A stretch of 42,918 nt of DNA from a virus, in the IMG/VR virus record IMGVR_UViG_3300034069_000749, positions 1 through 42,918 of that record; one strand, given 5' to 3'. A program made the position numbers and the translations under genes. The notes under the pieces were generated by a model. The model made no database searches and was not told the DNA's origin. It saw only the letters and a list, made by a program, of their open reading frames with translations. This document shows, one piece after another, positions 6,571 to 14,324 of this stretch (position 1 is the stretch's first letter; each line of letters starts with the position of its first letter).

Positions 6571-6695
6571 TCGCCCTTCTCGTCATCCCGGCCCTCTTCA
6601 TCGGCCACTGGCTGATCCGCACCTACTGGCTGCCCGCACTCAGGGAAGCACGCGACGTCGTCACCGAAGCCGAACGAATCAAGGACGAAACATGA
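6567..6695 (+). CDS. Small membrane protein (42 aa)
   Basis: ATGA coupling; one hydrophobic helix IALLVIPALFIGHWLI. Confidence 0.5.
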   Translation: MIALLVIPALFIGHWLIRTYWLPALREARDVVTEAERIKDET

Positions 6696-6835
6696 GCCTC
6701 ATCCCCATCCTCGAGATCCTGCTCGCCCCCATCGCCGCCTACCTCGTGGTCCGCCACATGGGCAACGACCGCAACACCACTTACTCGCAGCTCGACCGAC
6801 TGGACGGGCTGCACAACGACAAGGACAACCGATGA
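6692..6835 (+). CDS. Small membrane protein (47 aa)
   Basis: ATGA coupling; hydrophobic helix LIPILEILLAPIAAYLVV. Confidence 0.5.
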   Translation: MSLIPILEILLAPIAAYLVVRHMGNDRNTTYSQLDRLDGLHNDKDNR

Positions 6836-7182
6836 ACGCTGTATCCAATGCAATTGGCCTCTACTCCTGGACGGATGAAAATAAGACTGCCGTAGAGAAG
6901 TGGCAGCCAGTCGTCGCCGTCAACCTCGGTGGTGGCTACGACTGGGATGACCTCTACTCCTTCTACGACCCCGAGGCCAAGCGATTCAAGTGGGTGTCGG
7001 GAAGCGGCTGCTCCTGCAATTCCATCTCGGATGAGGTCTACGGCCCAGAGGACTTCGAGGACGGCGACAAGGAAGCGCTGAAACGAGCCGTTCGCAGCCA
7101 CTACGAAGGCGCGTACAACGCGAACCCTGGCGATCTGGTCGACGACCTCGCTGCGGTTTCCAGGTGGGAGGCGACCGCATGA
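6832..7182 (+). CDS. Hypothetical protein
   Basis: ATGA coupling at both ends; 116-aa ORF in the track. Confidence 0.7.
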   Translation: MNAVSNAIGLYSWTDENKTAVEKWQPVVAVNLGGGYDWDDLYSFYDPEAKRFKWVSGSGCSCNSISDEVYGPEDFEDGDKEALKRAVRSHYEGAYNANPGDLVDDLAAVSRWEATA

Positions 7183-7853
7183 TCCGCCCGACCCTCCGAA
7201 CCGCGACCGCCGCAACCCTCATCGCCGGCGGTGTAGCGCTCGGCGTCATCGCAGCAGCCCCCGCATTCGCCACCGACCCCGGCACCCGAACTGTCGCCTG
7301 GTTGGTCACGTCGGGTTCGTTCGACAACCGGTTCGGGACACCACAGACCCTCTACACGGGCTCACTCGAGTGCGGTATCGGCCTCTACCAGGTTGACGTG
7401 TACGACACCTCCACCCCCGAACACGCAGCCCTCGTCCAGTCCCTGATCGACGGCGGCACACTCACCTCCGGCCAAGACACACCGGTCTACATCAGCAACC
7501 AAGACGTGGAGCTCACACCATGCGCAATACCCACGGCAAGCACGCCGGCGACTACGACCCCGACTACGACAACGCCGCCCGCTACAAAGCCGCCCGTAGA
7601 GCCCACACCGACACCCACCCAACCGTCGGATACGCCACATACTGCACACCCAACTGTGCCAGCAACTGCCCCGGCCACTTCGCCGACGACGGCACCCACA
7701 TCACCGTCACCCTCAGCAACCAGCACCGCAGCGAAACCCGCCTCTGAACGACTCGCATACACCGGCACCAACACGGGGCCGGAACTCGCGGTCGGGATCC
7801 TAGCGACTGTCAGCGGACTCGTGCTGCTCGTGCTGAAGAGGAAGAAAGCATGA
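7179..7853 (+). CDS. Secreted, sortase-anchored (LAxTG) cell-wall surface protein with a Pro/Thr-rich stalk
   Basis: Signal peptide ...AAAPAFA/TDPG. Long TP-rich linker. C-terminal LAYTG, then hydrophobic ELAVGILATVSGLVLLVL, then KRKKA. Confidence 0.8.
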   Translation: MIRPTLRTATAATLIAGGVALGVIAAAPAFATDPGTRTVAWLVTSGSFDNRFGTPQTLYTGSLECGIGLYQVDVYDTSTPEHAALVQSLIDGGTLTSGQDTPVYISNQDVELTPCAIPTASTPATTTPTTTTPPATKPPVEPTPTPTQPSDTPHTAHPTVPATAPATSPTTAPTSPSPSATSTAAKPASERLAYTGTNTGPELAVGILATVSGLVLLVLKRKKA

Positions 7854-8143
7854 CGATGATGCAGCCAGAAATGGAAGCGAAGATCGCCCGCATCCACGAC
7901 AGCGAAAAAGCGGCTGTCCTGCGCCTCATCCAGAAGCACGTACCCGCCGACCGGATCCTCGAAACCCTCTCCATGTTCGGGTTCATCGAAATTGAACGCA
8001 AAGTGCCCGACTGCAAGAAGGGTCTGCACGCAATGACACCGGCCAACAAAGGGCTTAGAGGCGGCGTCACTATCTGCAACGCATGCCGATCGCTCGAACG
8101 CTCACAGAAGAACCGAGCCAAACGGAAGGCCCGCCATGAGTAA
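7850..8143 (+). CDS. Hypothetical protein with a basic C-terminus
   Basis: ATGA coupling; 97-aa ORF. Confidence 0.65.
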   Translation: MTMMQPEMEAKIARIHDSEKAAVLRLIQKHVPADRILETLSMFGFIEIERKVPDCKKGLHAMTPANKGLRGGVTICNACRSLERSQKNRAKRKARHE

Positions 8144-8357
8144 AAGGAAATCCGGCGTCTACTACGCCACCCGCCAGGCCGTCCGCGCACTCTTCGTGGC
8201 CGGCCTTCTTCTTGCCCTCGCCGCCTACCTCGCCTGGGCTGTCGAACACCCCGCAGCAGCCATAACCATCGGAACCCTCAGCACCACCCTCATCATCGGG
8301 TGCGCCTGGTTCCACTGGGGCGAACGAGCCGTCGCACTCATCAGGAGACACAAGTGA
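8136..8357 (+). CDS. Membrane protein (2 predicted TM helices)
   Basis: ALFVAGLLLALAAYLAWAV and ITIGTLSTTLIIGCAWF hydrophobic segments. Confidence 0.65.
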   Translation: MSKRKSGVYYATRQAVRALFVAGLLLALAAYLAWAVEHPAAAITIGTLSTTLIIGCAWFHWGERAVALIRRHK

Positions 8358-8620
8358 CCCGCATCGACGACACCGACCCCAGGCACGGCACCGAGAACGC
8401 ATACAACAACCTCCACTGCCGGTGCGACCACTGCCGCCAAGCATGGGCAAAAGCCGTAGCCGCACGACGCCAGCGACGCATCAGCCGGCCCATCCCATCA
8501 CACGTCCACGGCACCGAAAACGGTTACAACAACTACCGCTGCCGATGCCGCGCCTGCACCTACGAATACTCCAACGCCTACCACGCACGCAACCAACGAC
8601 GGGAACAGCAGAGCGCATGA
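8354..8620 (+). CDS. Zinc-ribbon protein with two HGTxxxYxxxxCRCxxC repeats
   Basis: GTGA coupling. HGTENAYNNLHCRCDHC and HGTENGYNNYRCRCRAC. Confidence 0.7.
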   Translation: MTRIDDTDPRHGTENAYNNLHCRCDHCRQAWAKAVAARRQRRISRPIPSHVHGTENGYNNYRCRCRACTYEYSNAYHARNQRREQQSA

Positions 8621-8712
8621 AGACCGAAGAAGCAATGGCTCTCGAACGCAAGTGGGAAGGCGCACGCATCTACTTCGTGGAGCACGCCCACGAAGACGAG
8701 GACGACGCATGA
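8617..8712 (+). CDS. Hypothetical 31-aa protein
   Basis: ATGA coupling at both ends; below the ORF-track cutoff in its own right. Confidence 0.4.
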   Translation: MKTEEAMALERKWEGARIYFVEHAHEDEDDA

Positions 8713-8888
8713 GCATCCGCATCACCGATACCCACATCCCGCACACGTTCGCACCCCGCAACTACCCCTGCTGGATCTGCAACGCACCAGCTGGCACCAA
8801 CTGCGTCCTGCCCAACGGCAACAAGCGCGAATGGTGCCACGACGGACGCGGACCTAGACACCCAATGAAAGAAGACAACGATGACTGA
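8709..8888 (+). CDS. Small Cys-rich protein
   Basis: ATGA coupling. CWICNAP..TNC...WCH pattern. Confidence 0.55.
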   Translation: MSIRITDTHIPHTFAPRNYPCWICNAPAGTNCVLPNGNKREWCHDGRGPRHPMKEDNDD

Positions 8889-9006
8889 CGCCGCTTACGA
8901 GTCCGACGTCTTCGAAAGATCGCAGGAAATCCAGGATCTCTACCCGGGCACGTCATACGAAGACGCACTCCAAGCCGCACGACGCGAACTCGAGGCACGA
9001 CGATGA
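8881..9006 (+). CDS. Hypothetical 41-aa protein (not in the ORF track)
   Basis: ATG 8881 overlaps the upstream stop. Its own stop overlaps the next start (ATGA at 9003). MTDAAYESDVFERSQEIQDLYPGTSYEDALQAARRELEARR. Confidence 0.45.
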   Translation: MTDAAYESDVFERSQEIQDLYPGTSYEDALQAARRELEARR

Positions 9007-9680
9007 GCCTGCAAATCTTCGACCAGCTCGAGCAAGGATCTGACCAATGGTTGCAGGCACGATGCGGCCTACCCACCGCATCCACAATCGGGAAACTCCT
9101 CACCCCCAAACTCGACGTCGCCAACAACGACACCTCACGCGGACTCACCGAAACACTCGTCGCCGAAAGGATCACCGGACACGTCGACTACGTGCACCCA
9201 TCGTTCGACATGCAGCTCGGGACCATGAACGAGCCGCTAGCTCGCGACCTGTACCGGGAGCAGTTCGCACCCGTTCACGAAATCGGGTTCGCCGTACGGG
9301 ACATCGGTGGGTTGAAACTTGGCGGGTCACCAGACGGGCTCGTAGGTGAGCAGGGAGGCATCGAGATAAAAAGCCGCCGCCCGAAGACCCACCTGCGCAC
9401 GATCCTCAGCAACACAGTGCCGGCCGAGAACATGGCACAGATTCAGACGCTGATGCTCATCCTCGAACGCGACTGGTTCGACTATGTGTCTTACTGCCAG
9501 GGATTTCCGTTGTTCGTCATCCGGGTCTACCCCGACCTCGAATGGCGCGACGCCATCAAAGCCGCGATCCGCAACTTCGAAGCCAACGCGGCACAGATGA
9601 TCGCCACCTACAAAGCCGCCGTTGGCAACGCACCCGCTGCGCCCTACGTTGACCACTTCCAAGACATCGAGATCGCCTAA
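9003..9680 (+). CDS. YqaJ/lambda-Exo-like recombination exonuclease (PD-(D/E)xK)
   Basis: GSDQWLQARCG, GTMNEPLAR, SPDGLV and GGIEIKSRR motifs in the typical YqaJ order. Confidence 0.85.
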   Translation: MSLQIFDQLEQGSDQWLQARCGLPTASTIGKLLTPKLDVANNDTSRGLTETLVAERITGHVDYVHPSFDMQLGTMNEPLARDLYREQFAPVHEIGFAVRDIGGLKLGGSPDGLVGEQGGIEIKSRRPKTHLRTILSNTVPAENMAQIQTLMLILERDWFDYVSYCQGFPLFVIRVYPDLEWRDAIKAAIRNFEANAAQMIATYKAAVGNAPAAPYVDHFQDIEIA

Positions 9681-10234
9681 TGGACATTTCCGCAACCACC
9701 GCACCACGTTCCGACCAGCAAAACTACGACGACTACCAGGCCGGCCCCAAGACAGTGACAGTCACCGAGGTCAAGGCTGGCAGCGATGAGCAGCCGGTCG
9801 AAATCCACCTCGCCGAGTTCCCTGGACGACCCTACAAACCGTCGAAAAGCATGCGGCGGGTGCTCGTCCAGGCATGGGGCAAAGAGTCCTCAACCTACGC
9901 CGGCAGGAGACTCACCCTCGTCGGCGACCCCACCGTCCGCTTCGGCGGATCAGTCGTCGGCGGGATCAAAATCAGCCACCTCTCCCACATCGACAAACCA
10001 CTCAGCCTCGCACTCACCGTCACCCGCGGCAAACGCGCCAGCTACACAGTGCAGCCGCTCACAGAAGCCGCACCCACACGCGACTGGGCTGCAGAACTCA
10101 AGCTCGCCGGAACAGACATCGACGCGATCGCCGCACTCGGCACAGCAGCATCCGGAGCCGGCGCACCAGACGACGTACTCAGCGTCATCCGGGACGCATA
10201 CAAGAAAGCAGCAACCACCAATGCACCTAGTTGA
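9680..10234 (+). CDS. Hypothetical protein; possible ssDNA-annealing or ssDNA-binding partner of the exonuclease (position only)
   Basis: TAATG coupling to the exonuclease gene. Beta-rich core TVTVTEV..PVEIHL..RLTLVGDPTVRFGGSVVGGIKI. No family recognised. Confidence 0.55.
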   Translation: MDISATTAPRSDQQNYDDYQAGPKTVTVTEVKAGSDEQPVEIHLAEFPGRPYKPSKSMRRVLVQAWGKESSTYAGRRLTLVGDPTVRFGGSVVGGIKISHLSHIDKPLSLALTVTRGKRASYTVQPLTEAAPTRDWAAELKLAGTDIDAIAALGTAASGAGAPDDVLSVIRDAYKKAATTNAPS

Positions 10235-10637
10235 CGAGTCCGAGACAGTCGAAATACTGTCCTTCACCATCGAAGGTGTCGCGGCCCCGCAAGGTTCTAA
10301 GAGCCTCATGCGGGGCCGTCTTGTTGAGGCGAACCCGCGCACCCGACTGTGGCGTGCAGCAGTCCAGGACGCCGCAGAACGCGCCCTAGCCGGCCGTGAA
10401 GGGTTCGGCAAGGATCCCGTACATATCCGCCTCGACTTCCACATGCCAAGGCCCAGGACCGTCAAACGCGCCCGACCATCAGTGCCCCCTGACGTCGACA
10501 AACTCTCGAGGGCAGTGCTCGACAGCATCACCAAATCAGGTGTGTGGAAAGACGACGGGCAAGTAGTCGACCTATCCGCGCACAAGCACTACGCCGAGAA
10601 ACCCTGCATCGTCGTCACGATCAGGAGAGCCGCATGA
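10221..10637 (+). CDS. rusA: RusA-family Holliday junction resolvase
   Basis: FTIEGVAAPQGSK..., PDVDKLSRAVLDSITKSGVWKDDGQV signature. Confidence 0.85.
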   Translation: MHLVDESETVEILSFTIEGVAAPQGSKSLMRGRLVEANPRTRLWRAAVQDAAERALAGREGFGKDPVHIRLDFHMPRPRTVKRARPSVPPDVDKLSRAVLDSITKSGVWKDDGQVVDLSAHKHYAEKPCIVVTIRRAA

Positions 10638-10649
10638 GGGGAGAACCAC

Positions 10650-11441
10650 ATGGCGAGACCCAAATCGCACGGACCGTACACACCACTCGCCGCTAACTAC
10701 TTTCTGGATGACGCAATCCTCGAAGCGAAAGAGCATGCCGAACTCCTCTTCGTACGGTGCCTCTCCTTCCTCGCAACGGGCGACACGGACGGTTTCATCT
10801 CCGAATTGCAGATGCGTCACGCGGTCGGGATTGGGCTTCGGGACGTCGGCAAACGCATCGAAACTCTCACGAAGGTGGGGCTTCTGTTGCGCGTAGACGG
10901 CGGGTACGAGGTACGTAGCTACCTGAAGTGGAACAAGAGTGCAGAGGAAATCGGCAGGCACCTCCGCCGCGACCGGGAGCGTAAGGCCCGGAAACAAGAG
11001 GAAGAGGAGCCGAATTCCGCACGGAATCCAGACGGAATCCGCGCGGATTCCGCGGACCACGTCACTGCACTACACGTCACTGCACTACACGACAAGCAAA
11101 TCCTTTTGTCTGGCGATGAATCGCCCGACGAAGAAGGCACCCTCATCCCAGCCGACTGGCACCCAAATCAAGGGCACCGGGACAAGGCGGCATCCCTGCA
11201 TTTGGACCCCGATGTTCAGGCTCAGAGATTCGCGGAGCACGCCAAACGGACGATGCGCCGGCTGAAGAACTGGAATACCGGGTTCACCAACTGGCTCCGG
11301 AAGCAAGCCGAATACGCGCAGCAACGGCAGGGCACGTCTCCTGCCCCGGCATACCAGCGTCGAACGAAAACGCAGCAGGCATTCGACGTCCTCGAGATGG
11401 GGCGCGAGTTGCTGAACGAGCAGAGAGCGGTGGAGCAGTGA
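10650..11441 (+). CDS. Replisome organiser / replication initiator-like DNA-binding protein
   Basis: N-terminal winged-helix-like domain (LLFVRCLSFLA...KVGLLLRVDGGYEVRSYLKWN), a charged linker carrying DNA iterons, and a basic C-terminal domain. Position is between the recombination genes and SSB. Confidence 0.6.
   Translation: MARPKSHGPYTPLAANYFLDDAILEAKEHAELLFVRCLSFLATGDTDGFISELQMRHAVGIGLRDVGKRIETLTKVGLLLRVDGGYEVRSYLKWNKSAEEIGRHLRRDRERKARKQEEEEPNSARNPDGIRADSADHVTALHVTALHDKQILLSGDESPDEEGTLIPADWHPNQGHRDKAASLHLDPDVQAQRFAEHAKRTMRRLKNWNTGFTNWLRKQAEYAQQRQGTSPAPAYQRRTKTQQAFDVLEMGRELLNEQRAVEQ
11012..11093. repeat. Iteron/palindrome cluster inside the replisome organiser gene (candidate origin)
   Basis: acggaatcc twice (11021, 11032). 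20-bp perfect palindrome cggaatccgcgcggattccg (11033-11052). 15-bp tandem repeat cacgtcactgcacta, 2.4 copies (11058-11093). Confidence 0.6.
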
Positions 11442-11821
11442 ACATTCAGCAGGTTGCCGCCGTAGTGGCGAAAGTGAAGCTCGGGGACAACCGGGACGTG
11501 GACAAGCTGGTGTTGCAGGAATGGGAAGCATCGATCGGTGACCTGGACTTCGACATGGCTATTGAGGCTGTGTCGATGCACAGGCGCGAGTCGACCGACT
11601 ACTTGCAGCCGGCGCACATTCGGCGGAACGTGGCCCGGATCAAGGAGGACAGTTCGCAGGGTCGTGAGCTGAAGGCGGCGTGGGTTGAGCATCCTGCACC
11701 GAAGCCGGACAACATGCGGGCCCTCGAGGCGGCATGGAACGACCCGCAGAACTGGGCTGCTGAAGTTGCTGCGTACAACCGGCAGCTTGATGCGGTCGGG
11801 TACAGGGGGCGGCGACCGTGA
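11438..11821 (+). CDS. Hypothetical protein
   Basis: GTGA coupling at both ends; 127-aa ORF. Confidence 0.7.
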   Translation: MNIQQVAAVVAKVKLGDNRDVDKLVLQEWEASIGDLDFDMAIEAVSMHRRESTDYLQPAHIRRNVARIKEDSSQGRELKAAWVEHPAPKPDNMRALEAAWNDPQNWAAEVAAYNRQLDAVGYRGRRP

Positions 11822-11994
11822 GCACTTCCGACGTGGCGTTTGCCATGTTCCTCGCGACCGTCCACTTCAACCACTTGAGCTCGTACGAGAAGCGTTTGTA
11901 CGCGCACATGGCGGAACATCCCGGGTTGGCATTCGATCCGACTCTGGAAGATCAGATTGCGGCGTACAGCCGCGCTAAACGAAAGGCTGCTTGA
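11818..11994 (+). CDS. Hypothetical 58-aa protein (not in the ORF track)
   Basis: GTG 11818 overlaps the upstream TGA. Its own TGA overlaps ATG 11994. VSTSDVAFAMFLATVHFNHLSSYEKRLYAHMAEHPGLAFDPTLEDQIAAYSRAKRKAA. Confidence 0.5.
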   Translation: MSTSDVAFAMFLATVHFNHLSSYEKRLYAHMAEHPGLAFDPTLEDQIAAYSRAKRKAA

Positions 11995-12329
11995 TGGCTA
12001 TCACGAACATTCAGGGCACAGTGACGCGGGTTTTCTACTCGGGCAAGGGTGCCGAGGTGACTGAGGTGTCGAACTCGAACGGCAAGGAGTTCAAAACTCG
12101 TTGGTCGTGCTGGTTCGACAACGAGCATGGGTTGTCGGAGGGGCAGCCGGTGAAGGTGTCTGGGTTCCATGGGGACAAGATCTCCGACTGGACAGACAAG
12201 GAAGGCAACCAGCGACACTCGGTGGAGCGGTCGTTGAACAAGGCGCGCGTGCAGGACCAGCAGGTTGCGCCTCCGAAGCAGCCGGCTGTCGATCAGTGGG
12301 CACCGAGCAATGAGGAGATGCCGTTTTGA
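11994..12329 (+). CDS. ssb: Single-stranded DNA-binding protein
   Basis: OB-fold-like N-terminal part, a Q/P-rich linker, and an acidic C-terminal tip ending EEMPF (SSB-type DDIPF-like tail). Confidence 0.75.
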   Translation: MAITNIQGTVTRVFYSGKGAEVTEVSNSNGKEFKTRWSCWFDNEHGLSEGQPVKVSGFHGDKISDWTDKEGNQRHSVERSLNKARVQDQQVAPPKQPAVDQWAPSNEEMPF

Positions 12330-12625
12330 AGAACCTCGAAAAGGAAGTCAAGGTTGGCGACATCATCGTCAGCAAGTGGTCTAGTTCGGGCGCGCTCTGG
12401 GAGGTAACCGATATTGGTTCTGAGGAGCAAATCTTCGGTCGCCAAAATTGGGGCATTGAACTGAAAGTCAAGTCCGTCAAGACAGGCCGTTCCGCTGTCA
12501 AATACACGCGCGACATGAAATTTGCCCCCGAGCCGAAAGAGCCTGCCATCCCCCGTGCTGCTCTGGAAGCGCGCATAGCCGAACTGGAGGCCGAGAATGC
12601 AGCTTTACGGAGGGGACGCGCATGA
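12326..12625 (+). CDS. Hypothetical protein (GC visibly lower than its neighbours)
   Basis: TTG start overlaps the ssb stop; 99-aa ORF with a coiled-coil C-terminus. Confidence 0.6.
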   Translation: MKNLEKEVKVGDIIVSKWSSSGALWEVTDIGSEEQIFGRQNWGIELKVKSVKTGRSAVKYTRDMKFAPEPKEPAIPRAALEARIAELEAENAALRRGRA

Positions 12626-12924
12626 CCCGCAACGATGATCTGGGCGATAACGCATCCCTGACCCCGAACGACACGCTCGGAGACGTGCAAGCCGCCGCAG
12701 GCGACGAACTAGCGCAGGCAAGTCGCCGGACGCCTTACTCGATTTGTACATGCCAGGTTTGCGGGCCTCCCTGGCGAGACTCAATCCCAAAGCCGACCGC
12801 GTCGTCATCCTTTGCCGAGTCGCTGTCCTGGCACTCATGGATGTCGTTGTGCCCGAGGTGCGGATGGAAGCGCTGTCCCGGCGCATCCGATCATCGAAAC
12901 GAATGCAACGAGAAAGTGTCATGA
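12622..12924 (+). CDS. Cys-rich hypothetical protein
   Basis: ATGA coupling. CTCQVCG ... CPRCGWKRCPGASDHRNEC. Confidence 0.6.
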   Translation: MTRNDDLGDNASLTPNDTLGDVQAAAGDELAQASRRTPYSICTCQVCGPPWRDSIPKPTASSSFAESLSWHSWMSLCPRCGWKRCPGASDHRNECNEKVS

Positions 12925-13112
12925 GCTACGAGACCAGTAACCAGCACCCGATCAACGGCGACTTCGGCAGCGTCGAGCTCGCCAACGTCATCCCGGAGGA
13001 TTTCACGTTCACTGCCGAATGCGACCAGTGCCCTTGGGTTGGTGTGCACCGTGCGTCCAGAGAGCAAGCCGCCGACGACTACGACGAACACATGGAGGTC
13101 ACGCACGCATGA
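12921..13112 (+). CDS. Hypothetical 63-aa protein
   Basis: ATGA coupling at both ends. Confidence 0.6.
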   Translation: MSYETSNQHPINGDFGSVELANVIPEDFTFTAECDQCPWVGVHRASREQAADDYDEHMEVTHA

Positions 13113-13789
13113 CAAGTGAACTGGAGCTGAGACTCACCGAAGCGATCGACAGGCTCACCAAACCGCGCATGGAGCACACACCCATCCCTGACTCGGATGG
13201 CAAATGGCTGCGAGTCGAGTCGGTCGAGCACCCATCATTGATAGAAACCCTGATGACCGTCCCCGGTGGAACCAAAAACGGCGGCTCATCAGACCCCGGC
13301 CTGCCAATCGATGCGGATGCGCTCGAGATCTTGGGGCAGATAAGCGACCACCTGTCGCTGTGGTCACGGCATCTGAAGTTCGAATACAGGCGCAGAGAAC
13401 TCGTCCCCTCGCTGATCGCCTGGCACAGTGCCCATTCCGACCTGGTTCGGGATGGGCACATTTCATTCGAGGCCGAACAGGATGTCGTCAGAACTGTCGA
13501 GTCATGGGTTCGGATGATCGAGAACAAGTTTGAGCCAGACAATGTCGACGAGTTCAAAGAATCCTGCCCCATGTGCGGTGCGCGACGGGTCGTCATCGAT
13601 GAGCACGAACGGTTCGCAATCAAGATCAACTGGACGCGCGTCTCGGCGAAATGTGCCAACTGCAACCAGGAGTGGCACGGTGTGACTGGGCCCGCTGAGG
13701 AGCCCGGCCTGAGGGAGCTGCGCTACATGGCGAACCTTGCCGACGACGCGCGCAAAGATGCACTTGCAGTTGCGGACTCGCAGCCCTAA
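13109..13789 (+). CDS. Hypothetical protein with a C-terminal zinc ribbon; last gene of the early operon
   Basis: ATGA coupling. CPMCG...CANCN. Confidence 0.7.
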   Translation: MTSELELRLTEAIDRLTKPRMEHTPIPDSDGKWLRVESVEHPSLIETLMTVPGGTKNGGSSDPGLPIDADALEILGQISDHLSLWSRHLKFEYRRRELVPSLIAWHSAHSDLVRDGHISFEAEQDVVRTVESWVRMIENKFEPDNVDEFKESCPMCGARRVVIDEHERFAIKINWTRVSAKCANCNQEWHGVTGPAEEPGLRELRYMANLADDARKDALAVADSQP

Positions 13790-13826
13790 ACTGGCTCCAC
13801 TACCGCAGTAGTGTCTCTACTCGCAG

Positions 13827-13864
13827 AAATGGCCTGGTCTTCGGATCGGGCCATTTTCTGTTTT
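13827..13864 (+). terminator. Rho-independent terminator closing the early operon
   Basis: aaatggcc (13827-34) pairs with ggccattt (13849-56), followed by tctgtttt. Confidence 0.8.
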
Positions 13865-14104
13865 AAGCTCCCCGACGCAATCGGGTGAGGTAAGGCGCAG
13901 GCTGGGATGCCTCATTGACCGGCGTGGTGCCGGAAGAACGCCGACACACCACATGGGCACGCTCAAATGCGGAACGCCACAAGCCGTCCGCAAGCCTCTG
14001 CCCACCTCATACTTCCGCATGTCGACGCACACACACCGAACAGCGCCCAACCGGCGACACATTGCAACCGGCGTCCGAACAGCGGAACCAACCAAGGAGC
14101 AACC

Positions 14105-14323
14105 ATGGCCACCAAGCTCAGCGTCGACACCACCCAGACGCCCATGGTCCTCACCGTCACCACCGACCGACACATCCAGACCGTCACCGCGACCGTCGGC
14201 GGCGACACCGGCACCGGGCAGATCGTGTTCCCCGTCACCATCACCGACTCCACGTCGCGCGTGTGGAAGCTCGTCTCCGATGACAAAGCCGCGCCCGTAT
14301 CCACCCTGATCTACAACGGCTGA
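14105..14323 (+). CDS. Hypothetical 72-aa protein
   Basis: ATG 14105 preceded by AAGGAG; beta-rich sequence. Confidence 0.65.
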   Translation: MATKLSVDTTQTPMVLTVTTDRHIQTVTATVGGDTGTGQIVFPVTITDSTSRVWKLVSDDKAAPVSTLIYNG

Positions 14324-14324
14324 C

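Noticed and set aside
7520-7760. Pro/Thr-rich repetitive DNA, considered as a repeat element or a separate ORF (7520-7747)
   Set aside because: It is the low-complexity stalk of the LAxTG protein. The alternative-frame and antisense ORFs here (7362-7649, 7487-8029) are compositional artefacts.
11058-11093. 15-bp tandem repeat, considered as a CRISPR or minisatellite
   Set aside because: There are only 2.4 directly adjacent copies with no spacers, and the repeat lies in-frame inside a coding region. It is better explained as origin iterons or a linker duplication.
12091-12690. 199-aa reverse-strand ORF over ssb and the next gene
   Set aside because: It is antisense to genes with clear features (the SSB acidic tail and coupling signals). 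It is Ala/Arg/Ser/Pro-rich with no RBS.
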